This document shows, one piece after another, positions 30,709 to 43,535 of a DNA stretch of 64,000 nt (position 1 is the stretch's first letter; every line of letters starts with the position of its first letter). Both the position numbers and the translations under genes were made by a program. The notes under the pieces were generated by a model that saw only the letters and a program-made list of their open reading frames with translations, searched no databases and was not told where the DNA came from. The stretch is taken from assembly GCA_963713825.1 (NCBI GenBank), contig CAVQNG010000005.1:32001-96000 (forward strand), written 5' to 3'. Source of the DNA: an uncultured Acidobacteriota bacterium. GTDB lineage: Bacteria; Acidobacteriota; Thermoanaerobaculia; Multivoradales; JAHEKO01.

Positions 30709-33425
30709 GGGGTGGCCGTGAACATCTGCTCGAGCTCGTCGAACCAGTTGGTGACCATGACGACGTGATCGATCGTATCCGCGCTGTTGGATCCCTGGAA
30801 CATCACCAGGTATTCGGCGCCAGGTGCGACATCGTAGTCCAGGCTCGGGAACAGATCGATAAACCGGGTCTCGAAGAGAGTCTCGGGCCGCTTGGCTCGA
30901 AAGGTGTCTCCCGCGGTCTCGACCGAGGCCGTCGAAATGCCCAAGGCCGTTCGATAGAAGATCTGCTTCTGATCCGACGACCACGTTGGGTAGGTGGCCC
31001 GTTCACCGCCGGCAGAGATCTGCCACTCGCCTCGCCCTGAAGGGAACGGCCGCACGTAAGCCTCGAATCCCCCTGACTCGTTGGAGCCGTAGGTGATCCA
31101 GTTGCCATCGGGGGAAATTCTGCCACCGTACTCGATGAACTTCGTGGTGAGGAACATCTCGGGTTCCCCTTCGCCTTCGAGCTCCATGGTCATGATGTCC
31201 CAGTTGCTCTCTGGGTTGATTTGACTGAAGACGAGTGTTTTGCCATCGGGGGTAAGAGAACTGGGAGCCTGATCAAGATCGGTTTCGGTCAGTCGAACGG
31301 GCTGCTCAGAGCCATCGGCTGCGACGCGGAAGATGTCGTAAGAGTTTCCCCGGTCGGACTGGAAGTAGATCCACTCGCCGTCTGGAGACCAGACAGGTCC
31401 GGTGTCGTCGCCTTCGTCGAAGGTCAATCGGGTGTGAATGCCCCGGTCGAGATCTTCGACCCAGATGTCACCGTTGCCGCTCTCCGAAGCGATGTCGAGG
31501 GCGAGCCGGCGACCATCGGGTGAGAAGGCCGGGGTCCAGAACGTGCCGGAATCTTCGAGAAGTGGAGACACGAGGCCGTCCAGATCGACCCGCACCGCAT
31601 CGTAGGCGGCCGCACTCGCGGCACCCTGCATATAGACCAACTTGCCGTTGTCAGAAACGGCGTAGTGAGCCGTGCCGTAGGCACCCTCGTTGGTCGTCAG
31701 GGACTCGATGACCGGACCGGGAGAGCCTTGGAGCTCCAGGGTGACGGGGTCCATCGGTACCGCGTAGAGCGTTCCCTCACGAGCGTAGAGTAGATGTCCC
31801 GAGTTGGCCCAACGCGGGTAGGTACCGCCCTGGATCAGCACCTTTCTTTCGCCCGACTCCAGATCGAGGACCTCGATCGTGGCCTCTGCAAAACGGGCAT
31901 TCTCGGTGTGGGACACGAAGAGGACGGCCTTGCCATTGGGCAGAACATGCGGCCAACGATGGGTGATCTCTCCCTTCTCCTCATCGAGTGTCGTCAGCTG
32001 CTCGGGCTCACCACCGACCGCGGGAATGCGAAAGAGTGGGGCCTGCTGCCCGGGAGTGAAGATGATGTGGTCGTCCGGTGTCCAGGTTGCACCACGGCAG
32101 AAATCCACCGTGGCGATGGTCAGTGGCGTGCCGCCTGAGACGGACACCTTCTTGAGCTCGTTGGGGGTCACGAAGGCGATCCACTCGCCGTCAGGCGAGA
32201 AGAACGGCAGGTAGGCGAGGTCGCCACCCGAAACCATTCTTCCCTCGAGTTGATCCAAAGATCGCAGATGTAGGGCGCGAGTGGCCGGGTTGCCCGATAC
32301 ATAGGCCAGGTGCGTGCCGTCCGGCGAGATCACGACGCTGCTGCCAATCTGAGTCAACAAGGTGTCCTCGACGGGGATCTCGACATTGAGCCACATGGTT
32401 TCCGCCTGCGACCGATCTGGCGATCGGGTCCAGCCGACAATGGCGGCGGCTCCCGCAACTGCAGCCAGTGCCAGCGCGGCCCACGGCAGAACGCGGCGCC
32501 AGGTGGGTAGCGGAGCGTAGTTGGCTGTGGCGGCTTGGGCCTTGGCAGCCTCAGGATCGGCCAGATAGCCGGCGATGGCGATTCGAGCCTCGCCGATGGC
32601 CTGGAGCCGATCGTTGATCTCCTTCTGGAGACAGCGGTCGAGCAGGTTGCGGACGACCGGAGGCACGTCGGCGGGTAGCGCCTCCCATTCGGGCTCGCGG
32701 GCCAGGATTCCGGCCAGGGTGTCGGAGATGGTCTTGCCGGCGTAGACGGTCTGCCCGGTCAGCATCTCCATGACAACGGCACCAAAGGCCCAGATGTCGG
32801 CTCGGCGGTCGGCGGCTTCGCCGCGGGCCTGCTCGGGGCTCATATAGGCAGCAGTGCCCAGCAACACCCCGGCTCCAGTGTTCATCTGCGCAGTCAGGGT
32901 AGGCGACAGGGAGAGAGAGGGGTGGCTCGGATCCGAGTCCGAACCGGCTCCGGACTCGAGAGCCTTGGCGAGGCCGAAGTCGAGAACCTTGATCTTGCCG
33001 CTTTCGGTGAAGTTGATGTTGGCCGGTTTGAGGTCCCGGTGCACGATGCCTCGGTCGTGGGCCGTTTCCAGGGCTTCGGTGATCTGCAAGGCAATGGTCA
33101 TGGCTTCATCGAGGGACAATCGACCCCGCTTGATCCTCTCAGCGAGAGTCTCGCCCTCCACCAGCTCCATGACCAGGAAGTTGTGATCGTCGTCGTGCTC
33201 GACCTGGTAGATCGCGGCGATGTTGGGGTGATTCAGCGATGCCAGCACCTGGGCCTCGCGGCTGAAGCGAGCCATGCGCTCGGCATCCTGCGCGAAGAGC
33301 TCGGGCAGCACCTTGATCGCCACCTCGCGTCCGAGCTTGGTGTCCTCGGCACGGTACACCTCGCCCATGCCGCCCTCGCCCAGCTTGCCGGTTATCTTGA
33401 AATGAGCCAGAGTCTCACCAATCAT
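30705..33425 (-). CDS. K9: Ser/Thr kinase + TM + PD40 beta-propeller
   Basis: Catalytic motifs; TM 'VLPWAALALAAVAGAAAIVGW'; SD GAGGAG. Confidence 0.95.
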   Translation of the reverse strand: MIGETLAHFKITGKLGEGGMGEVYRAEDTKLGREVAIKVLPELFAQDAERMARFSREAQVLASLNHPNIAAIYQVEHDDDHNFLVMELVEGETLAERIKRGRLSLDEAMTIALQITEALETAHDRGIVHRDLKPANINFTESGKIKVLDFGLAKALESGAGSDSDPSHPSLSLSPTLTAQMNTGAGVLLGTAAYMSPEQARGEAADRRADIWAFGAVVMEMLTGQTVYAGKTISDTLAGILAREPEWEALPADVPPVVRNLLDRCLQKEINDRLQAIGEARIAIAGYLADPEAAKAQAATANYAPLPTWRRVLPWAALALAAVAGAAAIVGWTRSPDRSQAETMWLNVEIPVEDTLLTQIGSSVVISPDGTHLAYVSGNPATRALHLRSLDQLEGRMVSGGDLAYLPFFSPDGEWIAFVTPNELKKVSVSGGTPLTIATVDFCRGATWTPDDHIIFTPGQQAPLFRIPAVGGEPEQLTTLDEEKGEITHRWPHVLPNGKAVLFVSHTENARFAEATIEVLDLESGERKVLIQGGTYPRWANSGHLLYAREGTLYAVPMDPVTLELQGSPGPVIESLTTNEGAYGTAHYAVSDNGKLVYMQGAASAAAYDAVRVDLDGLVSPLLEDSGTFWTPAFSPDGRRLALDIASESGNGDIWVEDLDRGIHTRLTFDEGDDTGPVWSPDGEWIYFQSDRGNSYDIFRVAADGSEQPVRLTETDLDQAPSSLTPDGKTLVFSQINPESNWDIMTMELEGEGEPEMFLTTKFIEYGGRISPDGNWITYGSNESGGFEAYVRPFPSGRGEWQISAGGERATYPTWSSDQKQIFYRTALGISTASVETAGDTFRAKRPETLFETRFIDLFPSLDYDVAPGAEYLVMFQGSNSADTIDHVVMVTNWFDELEQMFTATP

Positions 33426-33524
33426 TCGTCAACTCCTCGAGCCGGCGGATGTCTTCACAATCCGCACGTTGAGCTCCGATCGCAGGATGTAACGGAACTT
33501 GTTGGCGCCTATTGTATGACGGAA
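32494..33524. repeat. ~1.03 kb direct repeat, copy 1 (promoter region + kinase domain of K9)
   Basis: Aligns to 35457-36487 at constant offset 2963; about 8 mismatches by eye. Confidence 0.92.
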
Positions 33525-33548
33525 TGGCCGGCGGGGAGATCGACCGAC

Positions 33549-33692
33549 TCACAACTGCGATCGGCGGATTGAATCTGCTGTGGCGTGCTCGACGCGGCCG
33601 AGCTTGGTGTCCTCGGCTCGGTACACCTCACCCATGCCGCCTTCACCCAGCTTGGCGGTGATTCGGAAGTGGGAGAGGGTTGTGCCGATCAC
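33549..33692 (-). pseudogene. orphan kinase 5' stub: [33 protein letters not shown] + 14 unrelated codons
   Basis: GTG overlaps the K10 stop (GTGA); 33 codons of kinase N-terminus, then homology breaks at ~33594. Confidence 0.85.
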
Positions 33693-36388
33693 GGTCGCCT
33701 GAGATCGTTCTGCCAGTTGAGAACGAGGGCCATGGGCTGTTGGTTCTGTTGCTCTTTCTGCTCGGTCTGCTTGACGACCAGGAATCGCTGACCGTCGGCG
33801 GTCACATCGTAGTCGAAGCCGTCGTTGAAGGGTCCGAGCTCGAAAAGTGTTTCGGTGGCACCGACCTGGAAGGTGTCGCCCGAGCCGTCGACTTTGGTGG
33901 CCATCAGGGTGCCTTCGGCGGTCAGATAGAAGATCTCGCTGCCATCGCGGCTCCAGCGTGGCCAGTCACCGCCGTCCGAGATCTGCCATTTGCGTCCGCC
34001 GCCAGGGAACGGGGTGACATAGATCTCCCATTGCCCGGAATCGTCTCCCGCCCAGGCGAGCCACTGGCCGTCCGGAGAGACCATCGGGACCGTGTCGTTG
34101 AACTTCGTAGGCTGGAGGGGGATGGGCTCGCCCTCACCCTGGACATCCCAGGCGAACATGTCTTCGCTGGTGCCGGTGTTGACTTGATAGATCAGGTAGC
34201 GACCGTCGGGGCTCCAGCTGGAGGGATAGCTCGTGCCTTCTTGTTCGCGCAGGAGCTGCTCTTCGCCACCGCCGGTCATGGATTTCGCATAGAGCTGGAA
34301 CGAGCCGGATCGGTTGGAGCTGAAGGCGATCGTATTCCCATCCGGGGACCAGGCGACAAAGTAGTCTGCGCCGGTTTCGAAGGTGAAACGCGTCTCCAGC
34401 TCGCGATCGAGATCGAGCTGCCAGAGATCGGTGTTGCCGCTTTCGAAGTCGGCTTTGCTGACGATGGCCTGATTGCCCACGGGTGACAGCTGCACCTCGA
34501 TGTAGGAGTCGGGAGCGCCGATTTCGGAGAGGATCTCGCCCGAGCGGGACCTCCACTGCAGATTCGCCAGTACCGACTCACGGGCAGAACCCATCTGGTA
34601 GGCCAGGGTCCCCTGGTCGCTGACGGAAAATGAGCCGAGAACCGCTCCCATGTCGACATAGATGTTCTCGGCGAGTGGGAAGGCGTCGCCGGTAGTTTGT
34701 CGAGTCTCGGCATCGAAGGGTCGGGCCATCAACGTCTGATCGAAGACGTAGAGGAGATGTCCCGCGGCATACTCGACGTTGGAGGTCGCCGGCATCAGCT
34801 CACTGACTTCGCCCGCCAACGAGCCGATCTTGATGCTGCTGTTCGAACCGGCTCCACCGCCCCCGGCCCGGGCCACGAATAGGAAGTGGTCGCCATTGGG
34901 CAGGAAGCGGGGGTGACGATGGCTGTCCTCTCCGAGCTTGGCGTCGAACTCGGTGAGCTCGACCGACTCTCCTCCTGCCGCGCTGACCTTGTGCAAAGGA
35001 GAGTTGTGGCTCGGCGCAAAGACGATGGTGCCGGCATCGTTCCAGGCGCCGCCTTTGCCGTTGGACGCCTCGCACAGGGCCATGGCCGGTCCACCGGTCG
35101 CCTCGATCTTCTTCAGCTTGCCGCCGGCGAAGAAGCCGATGTGTCGACTGTCGGGGGACCAGAACGGGTAGAGGGCACCTTCGGTTCCAGTCAACGGCCT
35201 GGATTCCAGCTCGTCGAGGTCGCGGATCCAAAGCCGTTCGACCCCATCCTCACCGCGGATGCCGAAGGCCAAGGTGCGCCCATCGGGGGAAACCGCCACC
35301 GGGGCAGGGTAGTCCGAGCCCAGATTGAACTCTCCCCCTGGCGGAGCCGGAATGGACGCCCGCGTCGTTGGCTGCGGAGGAACTGGGTCTTGCGGCCAGA
35401 AGGCGATGGTCGCGGCCCCAACGATGGCCGATGCGGCGACTGCCCAGGGGAGTAGCCGGCGCCAGGTGGGTAGCGGAGCGTAGTTGGCTGTGGCGGCTTG
35501 GGCCTTGGCAGCCTCAGGATCGGCCAGATAGCCGGCGATGGCGATTCGAGCCTCGCCGATGGCTTGGAGCCGATCGTTGATCTCCTTCTGGAGACAGCGG
35601 TCTAGCAGGTTGCGGACAACTGGAGGCACGTCGGCGGGTAGCGCCTCCCATTCGGGCTCGCGGGCCAGGATTCCGGCCAGGGTGTCGGAGATGGTCTTGC
35701 CGGCGTAGACGGTCTGCCCCGTCAGCATCTCCATGACAACGGCACCAAAGGCCCAGATGTCGGCTCGGCGGTCGGCGGCTTCGCCGCGGGCCTGCTCGGG
35801 GCTCATATAGGCAGCAGTGCCCAGCAACACCCCGGCTCCAGTGTTCATCTGCGCAGTCAGGGTAGGCGACAGGGAGAGAGAGGGGTGGCTCGGATCCGAG
35901 TCCGAACCGGCTCCGGACTCGAGAGCCTTGGCGAGGCCGAAGTCGAGAACCTTGATCTTGCCGCTTTCGGTGAAGTTGATGTTGGCCGGTTTGAGGTCCC
36001 GGTGCACGATGCCTCGGTCGTGGGCCGTTTCCAGGGCTTCGGCGATCTGCAAGGCAATGGTCATGGCTTCATCGAGGGACAATCGGCCTCGCTTGATCCT
36101 CTCAGCGAGAGTCTCGCCCTCCACCAGCTCCATGACCAGGAAGTTGTGATCGTCGTCGTGCTCGACCTGGTAGATCGCGGCGATGTTGGGGTGATTCAGC
36201 GATGCCAGCACCTGGGCCTCGCGGCTGAAGCGAGCCATGCGCTCGGCATCCTGCGCGAAGAGCTCGGGCAGCACCTTGATCGCCACCTCGCGTCCGAGCT
36301 TGGTGTCCTCGGCACGGTACACCTCGCCCATGCCGCCCTCGCCCAGCTTGCCGGTTATCTTGAAATGAGCCAGAGTCTCACCAATCAT
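33689..36388 (-). CDS. K10: Ser/Thr kinase + TM + PD40 beta-propeller
   Basis: Catalytic motifs; kinase domain nearly identical to K9; TM '[20 protein letters not shown]'. Confidence 0.95.
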   Translation of the reverse strand: MIGETLAHFKITGKLGEGGMGEVYRAEDTKLGREVAIKVLPELFAQDAERMARFSREAQVLASLNHPNIAAIYQVEHDDDHNFLVMELVEGETLAERIKRGRLSLDEAMTIALQIAEALETAHDRGIVHRDLKPANINFTESGKIKVLDFGLAKALESGAGSDSDPSHPSLSLSPTLTAQMNTGAGVLLGTAAYMSPEQARGEAADRRADIWAFGAVVMEMLTGQTVYAGKTISDTLAGILAREPEWEALPADVPPVVRNLLDRCLQKEINDRLQAIGEARIAIAGYLADPEAAKAQAATANYAPLPTWRRLLPWAVAASAIVGAATIAFWPQDPVPPQPTTRASIPAPPGGEFNLGSDYPAPVAVSPDGRTLAFGIRGEDGVERLWIRDLDELESRPLTGTEGALYPFWSPDSRHIGFFAGGKLKKIEATGGPAMALCEASNGKGGAWNDAGTIVFAPSHNSPLHKVSAAGGESVELTEFDAKLGEDSHRHPRFLPNGDHFLFVARAGGGGAGSNSSIKIGSLAGEVSELMPATSNVEYAAGHLLYVFDQTLMARPFDAETRQTTGDAFPLAENIYVDMGAVLGSFSVSDQGTLAYQMGSARESVLANLQWRSRSGEILSEIGAPDSYIEVQLSPVGNQAIVSKADFESGNTDLWQLDLDRELETRFTFETGADYFVAWSPDGNTIAFSSNRSGSFQLYAKSMTGGGEEQLLREQEGTSYPSSWSPDGRYLIYQVNTGTSEDMFAWDVQGEGEPIPLQPTKFNDTVPMVSPDGQWLAWAGDDSGQWEIYVTPFPGGGRKWQISDGGDWPRWSRDGSEIFYLTAEGTLMATKVDGSGDTFQVGATETLFELGPFNDGFDYDVTADGQRFLVVKQTEQKEQQNQQPMALVLNWQNDLRRP

Positions 36389-36487
36389 TCGTCAACTCCT
36401 CGAGCCGGCGGATGTCTTCACAATCCGCACGTTGAGCTCCGATCGCAGGATGTAACGGAACTTGTTGGCGCCTATTGTATGACGGAA
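35457..36487. repeat. ~1.03 kb direct repeat, copy 2 (promoter region + kinase domain of K10)
   Basis: Aligns to 32494-33524 at constant offset 2963. Confidence 0.92.
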
Positions 36488-36535
36488 CGGTTGTAACGGG
36501 GGCCGTCCGCATTGGCGAGCGAGCGAGTCGAGGTT

Positions 36536-38779
<2,244 letters not shown>

Positions 38780-39013
38780 TGGTATTCCGCTCCAAGCGGC
38801 CGGGTTCTCTCGAGTCCGATCATCGAAAATTCAGCTCGCCCCGTTGTCGTTTCGTCGCTCTTGGCGGTGCTACTGGATTGTACTTCACTCCGAGGCGACC
38901 ATCGTTGCAGCCTGCGTTGGAGTAGAATGCCTCAAATTCTGCGACAGCGACGCAAGAGGTTCGGTCGCCACGGCGGTCCGTCGGCATGACGGCCGTTTCA
39001 AGAGGAGTCACGC

Positions 39014-41812
39014 ATGATCGGAACGACATTGGCGCATTTCAAGATCACCGGCAAGCTCGGTGAGGGTGGCATGGGTGAGGTCTATCGAGCTGAAGACAGC
39101 AAGTTGGGTCGGGAAGTGGCGATCAAGGTGCTACCAGAGTTGGTGGCCGGTGACGCCGAGCGCATGGCTCGTTTCGAGCGTGAAGCCAAGCTCCTCGCGG
39201 CCCTCAACCACCCCAACATCGGCGCGATCTATTCCCTTGAATCTGCCGGACAGGCGGGGGCAAGCCCCGCTCCTACAGAGACCGATGCCGATGTAGGGGC
39301 GCCCCTTCCGGGCGCCCGGGAGGGGGCGAGCCCAGGACCCAAGGCCCAAGACCCAGGTCTCCCGATCCACTTTCTCGTCCTGGAGCTCATCGAAGGCGAA
39401 TCCCTCGCCGAGATCCTGGCGCGGGGCCCTCTCGGTCTCGAGAAGGCGATGCAGGTCGGGCAGCAGGTGGCCCTGGCCTTGGAGTCGGCCCACGACAAGG
39501 GGGTCATTCATCGTGACCTGAAACCGGCCAACGTCATGCTGACCCAGAATGGAAGCGTCAAGGTGCTGGATTTCGGTCTGGCCAAGGCCTGGGACGTAGA
39601 AGAGACCTCGGGCAGCGCTCCGCTGATCAGCCGTTCGCCAACCCTTACGCAAGGGATGACCGAGGTCGGCGTGCTGCTCGGTACCGCGGCCTACATGAGC
39701 CCGGAGCAGGCGCGCGGCAAGCCGGTCGACAAGCGATCGGACATCTGGGCCTTCGGCGCCGTGCTGCTCGAGACCCTGACCGGGCGCAAGGCCTTCGGCG
39801 GCGACACGATCACCGACATGATCGCTGCGGTCGTAGCGCGAGAGCCAGAGTGGGAGAGGCTACCGGCCGGTACTCCAAAAGCAGTGACTCGCCTGCTACG
39901 CCGCTGCCTCGAGAAAGACCAGGAGCAGCGCTTACGTGACATTGGCGATGCGCGGTTGGAGCTCGAGGAGATGCTGGCCAATCCAGAAAGTCTGCACGCC
40001 GAGCCCGAGGTTGTGGCAGCATCTTCCAAGACCAGCCTGCTGTGGAAGGTTGGCGTCGCGGCACTGGCATTGCTGACAATGGGTCTGGGCTTTGCGCTGT
40101 GGCGTGCCAGTCAATCGGAACCGCAGCAGATCACCCGCGCCTTCATCCCGGCCCCGACTGGAGGGGATTACGACCTGGCCACCGACTATCCTGCCCCTGT
40201 GGCCGTCTCTCCGGATGGCCGTACTCTGGTTTTCGGGGTGCAGGAGGAAGAGATCAAGAGCCTTTGGGTGCGTGACCTCGACGACCTCGAGGCTCGCCCG
40301 CTGGCTGGAACCGAGGGGGCCATGTATCCGTTCTGGTCACCTGACAATCGCCACATCGGTTTCTTCGCTCAAGGCAAGCTCAAGAAGATCGAAGTCGCCG
40401 GCGGTCCAGCGATGAGCCTCTGCGATGCTCCCAACGGCAAGGGAGGCAGTTGGAACGCAGATGGGATCATCGTCTTCGCGCCAGCCCACACCACAAACCT
40501 GCAGAGTGTGTCGTCCGCCGGAGGTGAGCCTACGGATGTCACCTCGGTCGACCCTGAGAAGGGTGAAGACAGCCACCGGCATCCGCGGTTTCTACCGGAT
40601 GGGGAGCATTTCCTCTACGCCGCCCGTGTCGGTTTTGGAGGTTCGAGTGAAAACAGCCGGTTGATGATCGGTTCGCTGTCAGGCGAGTCCCGGGAGTTGA
40701 TGCCCGGCTCCTCCAACGTCGAGTTCGCAGCCGGACATCTCCTCTACGTGTACGAGCGAACCCTGATGGCGCGGCCTTTCGATGCCAGTCAACTCGAGCT
40801 CACGGGGGATGCCTTTCCAATCGCCGAGGAGGTCTGGGGCGACCAGGGAGCCTTGCTGGGAGTCTTTTCAGCTAGCGAGAACGGAGTTCTCGCCTACCAG
40901 ACCGGCACACCGCGCGAAGACGTGAACTCGCAACTGCAGTGGTTCGATCGCTCGGGCCAGATGCTGGGTGAGGTAGGAACTCCGGACCCCTACGCCGAAG
41001 TGAGCATCTCGCCGGATGGAACTACGGCGGTGGTCAACAAGAGGGATCCAGGGAGCTCCAATCGGGACCTCTGGCTGGTGGACCTGGAACGGCAGCTCAA
41101 GACGCGGTTCACCTTCGATCCGGCTCAGGATTGGATCGGTGTTTGGTCGCCGGACGGAGCCCGGATCGCGTTCAGCTCTGAGCGCAGCGGCACCGGGGAC
41201 CTCTACGTCAAGTCGGTCACAGGTGGAGGTGAAGCGGAGCTGCTCTACGACGACGACACGCAGAAGTACCCGGCCTCCTGGAGCGGGGATGGACGGTATC
41301 TGTTCTACGAATCGTGGGGCTCCGGTGGGGAGTCCAACCTGTTCGCCCTCGATCTCGAAGAAGGCGGCGAGCCAATGGCGATTCAGGCCTCCAACTTCTC
41401 CCAGAGAGTCCCAGTAATCTCACCCAATGGTCGATGGCTCGCCTACTCCAGCAACGAATCGGGACACAACGAGATCTATGTCACCGCCTTTCCTGAAGGT
41501 GGCAGAAAGTGGCAGGTCTCCACGCAGGAAACCGGGTACGCACGCTGGGGAAGCGACGAGGACCTCTTCCTGATGGGCCCCACGGGTGAGCTGCGGATTG
41601 CTGAGGTCGACGGCTCGAGCGAGACGTTTCGGATAGGCCCTATTCGGAAGATCGCCGACTTCAGGCTCCAGACTCTCGGTTTCGACTTCGACCCTTCTCC
41701 CGACGGTCAGCGAATCTTGATTTCGCAAGTCCTCGAAGAGGAGGGGCAGGGTGCCAAGATGAATCCCATGACCCTCGTTATGGGCTGGACCGCGGACCTC
41801 GAACGGCCTTAG
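39014..41812 (+). CDS. K12: Ser/Thr kinase + TM + PD40 beta-propeller; 42-aa REP-derived N-lobe loop
   Basis: Catalytic motifs; SD GAGGAG; TM 'VGVAALALLTMGLGFALW'. Confidence 0.95.
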   Translation: MIGTTLAHFKITGKLGEGGMGEVYRAEDSKLGREVAIKVLPELVAGDAERMARFEREAKLLAALNHPNIGAIYSLESAGQAGASPAPTETDADVGAPLPGAREGASPGPKAQDPGLPIHFLVLELIEGESLAEILARGPLGLEKAMQVGQQVALALESAHDKGVIHRDLKPANVMLTQNGSVKVLDFGLAKAWDVEETSGSAPLISRSPTLTQGMTEVGVLLGTAAYMSPEQARGKPVDKRSDIWAFGAVLLETLTGRKAFGGDTITDMIAAVVAREPEWERLPAGTPKAVTRLLRRCLEKDQEQRLRDIGDARLELEEMLANPESLHAEPEVVAASSKTSLLWKVGVAALALLTMGLGFALWRASQSEPQQITRAFIPAPTGGDYDLATDYPAPVAVSPDGRTLVFGVQEEEIKSLWVRDLDDLEARPLAGTEGAMYPFWSPDNRHIGFFAQGKLKKIEVAGGPAMSLCDAPNGKGGSWNADGIIVFAPAHTTNLQSVSSAGGEPTDVTSVDPEKGEDSHRHPRFLPDGEHFLYAARVGFGGSSENSRLMIGSLSGESRELMPGSSNVEFAAGHLLYVYERTLMARPFDASQLELTGDAFPIAEEVWGDQGALLGVFSASENGVLAYQTGTPREDVNSQLQWFDRSGQMLGEVGTPDPYAEVSISPDGTTAVVNKRDPGSSNRDLWLVDLERQLKTRFTFDPAQDWIGVWSPDGARIAFSSERSGTGDLYVKSVTGGGEAELLYDDDTQKYPASWSGDGRYLFYESWGSGGESNLFALDLEEGGEPMAIQASNFSQRVPVISPNGRWLAYSSNESGHNEIYVTAFPEGGRKWQVSTQETGYARWGSDEDLFLMGPTGELRIAEVDGSSETFRIGPIRKIADFRLQTLGFDFDPSPDGQRILISQVLEEEGQGAKMNPMTLVMGWTADLERP
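39253..39358. repeat. GTAG-REP pair plus heptamer repeats inside the K12 coding sequence
   Basis: ggcgggggcaagccccgctcctac (39253-39276), gtaggggcgccccttccgggcgccc (39293-39317), CCCAGGA/CCCAAGG/CCCAAGA/CCCAGGT (39331-39358). Confidence 0.8.
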
Positions 41813-41914
41813 AGGCCGCCTTCTTTCGGGGCCGTGCTTGAAGGGCCGGGGCTGGGCCCTGCGTGCTAAAGTTGCGCCAGTTCTAAGAACCGAAGGAATG
41901 GAAGGAGGAGCGGT

Positions 41915-42370
41915 ATGACTGCTGCCGATGGGATTGGGACTGGGACTCGCCCCAAAGCACCGATGCACCTGTGGATCGTTGGCGTACTGGCCTTGCTATG
42001 GAACTTCATGGGCGCCTTCGACTATCTGGCCACCCAGCTGAAGCTGGAGTCCTACATGGGCAACTTCTCCGAGGAACAGCTGGAGTACTTCTACGGCATA
42101 CCCGCCTGGGCCGTGTCGGGCTGGGCCATCGCCGTTTGGATCGGCCTCGTCGGCACGGTGGGACTCCTCCTGCGCCGCAAGTGGTCGGTCATGGCGTTCG
42201 CCATCTCCCTGGCCGGTCTCGCCATCAGCTCGATCTACACGCTTTTCCTGTCGAATGGGCTCGAGATCAACGGCACGACAGGGATCATCATGACTGTGGT
42301 CATCTTCGTCGTGTCGATCTTTCTGGTCTGGTACTCCAAGCAGCAGGCGAAGGCTGGAATTCTCACCTAG
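41915..42370 (+). CDS. conserved 4-TM membrane protein
   Basis: SD GGAGG; hydrophobic helices; 'LWIVGVLALLWNFMGAFDYL', 'GLLLRRKWS'. Confidence 0.8.
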   Translation: MTAADGIGTGTRPKAPMHLWIVGVLALLWNFMGAFDYLATQLKLESYMGNFSEEQLEYFYGIPAWAVSGWAIAVWIGLVGTVGLLLRRKWSVMAFAISLAGLAISSIYTLFLSNGLEINGTTGIIMTVVIFVVSIFLVWYSKQQAKAGILT

Positions 42371-42377
42371 TCGGGCA

Positions 42378-42857
42378 GTGAGCCGGTCGAGTCTCGTTGT
42401 CGCGGTCGCGCTGGTCTGCGTGGTTGCCGGCAGCATCGCAGCCGGTAGGGAGCTTCTTGCTATGAACGATTTCGCAGAACGCTACACGGCTGCGTGGTGC
42501 AGCCAGGATCCGGCCGCCGTGGCGGTGTTTTTCTCTGACGATGGCTCTTTGACCGTCAACGGTGGTGAGCCGGCGACAGGGCGAGAGTCCATCACCGAGG
42601 TGGTCCGAGGGTACATGACGGGCTTCCCAGACCACGTGCTGCTGTTCGACAAGCTAGAGGAACGCGATGGGCGGATCCACTTCCACTGGACCTTCGAGGG
42701 CACCAACACCGGACCCGGAGGCACGGGCAACCGGGTCCGTTTCAGCGGCTACGAAGCCTGGCTGATCGGTGAAGACGGCCTGATCCAGGATTCACAGGGT
42801 AGTTACGACGAGGCCGACTATCAACGCCAGCTCCAGGCCGACCCGGGAACGGATTAG
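42378..42857 (+). CDS. SnoaL/NTF2-like (ester cyclase family) protein
   Basis: 'YTAAWCSQDPAAVA.FF', 'HWTFEGTNTGPGGTGNRVRFSGYEAW'; start may be ATG 42462. Confidence 0.85.
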   Translation: MSRSSLVVAVALVCVVAGSIAAGRELLAMNDFAERYTAAWCSQDPAAVAVFFSDDGSLTVNGGEPATGRESITEVVRGYMTGFPDHVLLFDKLEERDGRIHFHWTFEGTNTGPGGTGNRVRFSGYEAWLIGEDGLIQDSQGSYDEADYQRQLQADPGTD

Positions 42858-42894
42858 AGAAGATCGGTTCTATCGGGCGCGCAGCGTCGGAAGG

Positions 42895-43401
42895 TCACTC
42901 GTCCTCGTCGGCAGAGGGACCGTAGAGCGCCGGCAGCGGCAGGTCGTTGAGGCGCAGATACACCGTCAGCTGACCGCGATGATGAATCATGTGATTCATG
43001 ATGAAGCTGCGGAGGACGGCTACCTTCGGAAACGTCAGGACCTCCTCGCCGGCCTTGAGCAGGGACCAGGAGGCCATGAGGGTTTCATCGCTGGCGTTGG
43101 CGATGGCTTCGCGAGCCGCCGCAACGTTGGCGTCGAACATCTCGAGGGCACCCTCGACCGTCTCCACCGGTTCTTCCTTGATCGGCTCCTCGCCCTCCGG
43201 CGCCATGTCGAAGCTGGACTCGTTGATGGTCATCACGGACCACTTCGGCATGTTGGCCATGTGCGTCAGCATGCCGCGCAGATCGAACGACTTCTCATGC
43301 GGTCGCCAATCGAGCTTGTCGTTGGGGATCCGTTCCAGGGCCTTGCGGGTGTTGGCCATCTCGTGGTCGAACTCGGGCAGTAGGGCTTGGGCTATCGTCA
43401 T
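42895..43401 (-). CDS. DinB/YfiT family protein
   Basis: 'WRPHEKS', 'HMIHHRGQLTVYLR' metal-binding His motif; SD AGGAGG before ATG 43401. Confidence 0.9.
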   Translation of the reverse strand: MTIAQALLPEFDHEMANTRKALERIPNDKLDWRPHEKSFDLRGMLTHMANMPKWSVMTINESSFDMAPEGEEPIKEEPVETVEGALEMFDANVAAAREAIANASDETLMASWSLLKAGEEVLTFPKVAVLRSFIMNHMIHHRGQLTVYLRLNDLPLPALYGPSADEDE

Positions 43402-43535
43402 GGGAACCTCCTTGTTTGTTGGGTGGGCAAGGCTAGCACTTTTCGAATGTGGCAACGGGGCCTGCTGTTGCACGGGAGCTAGTGCGGTATCCTGTGGCGC
43501 GCATCCTGTTACCTACGTTGGAAGGGATCAGGCGG

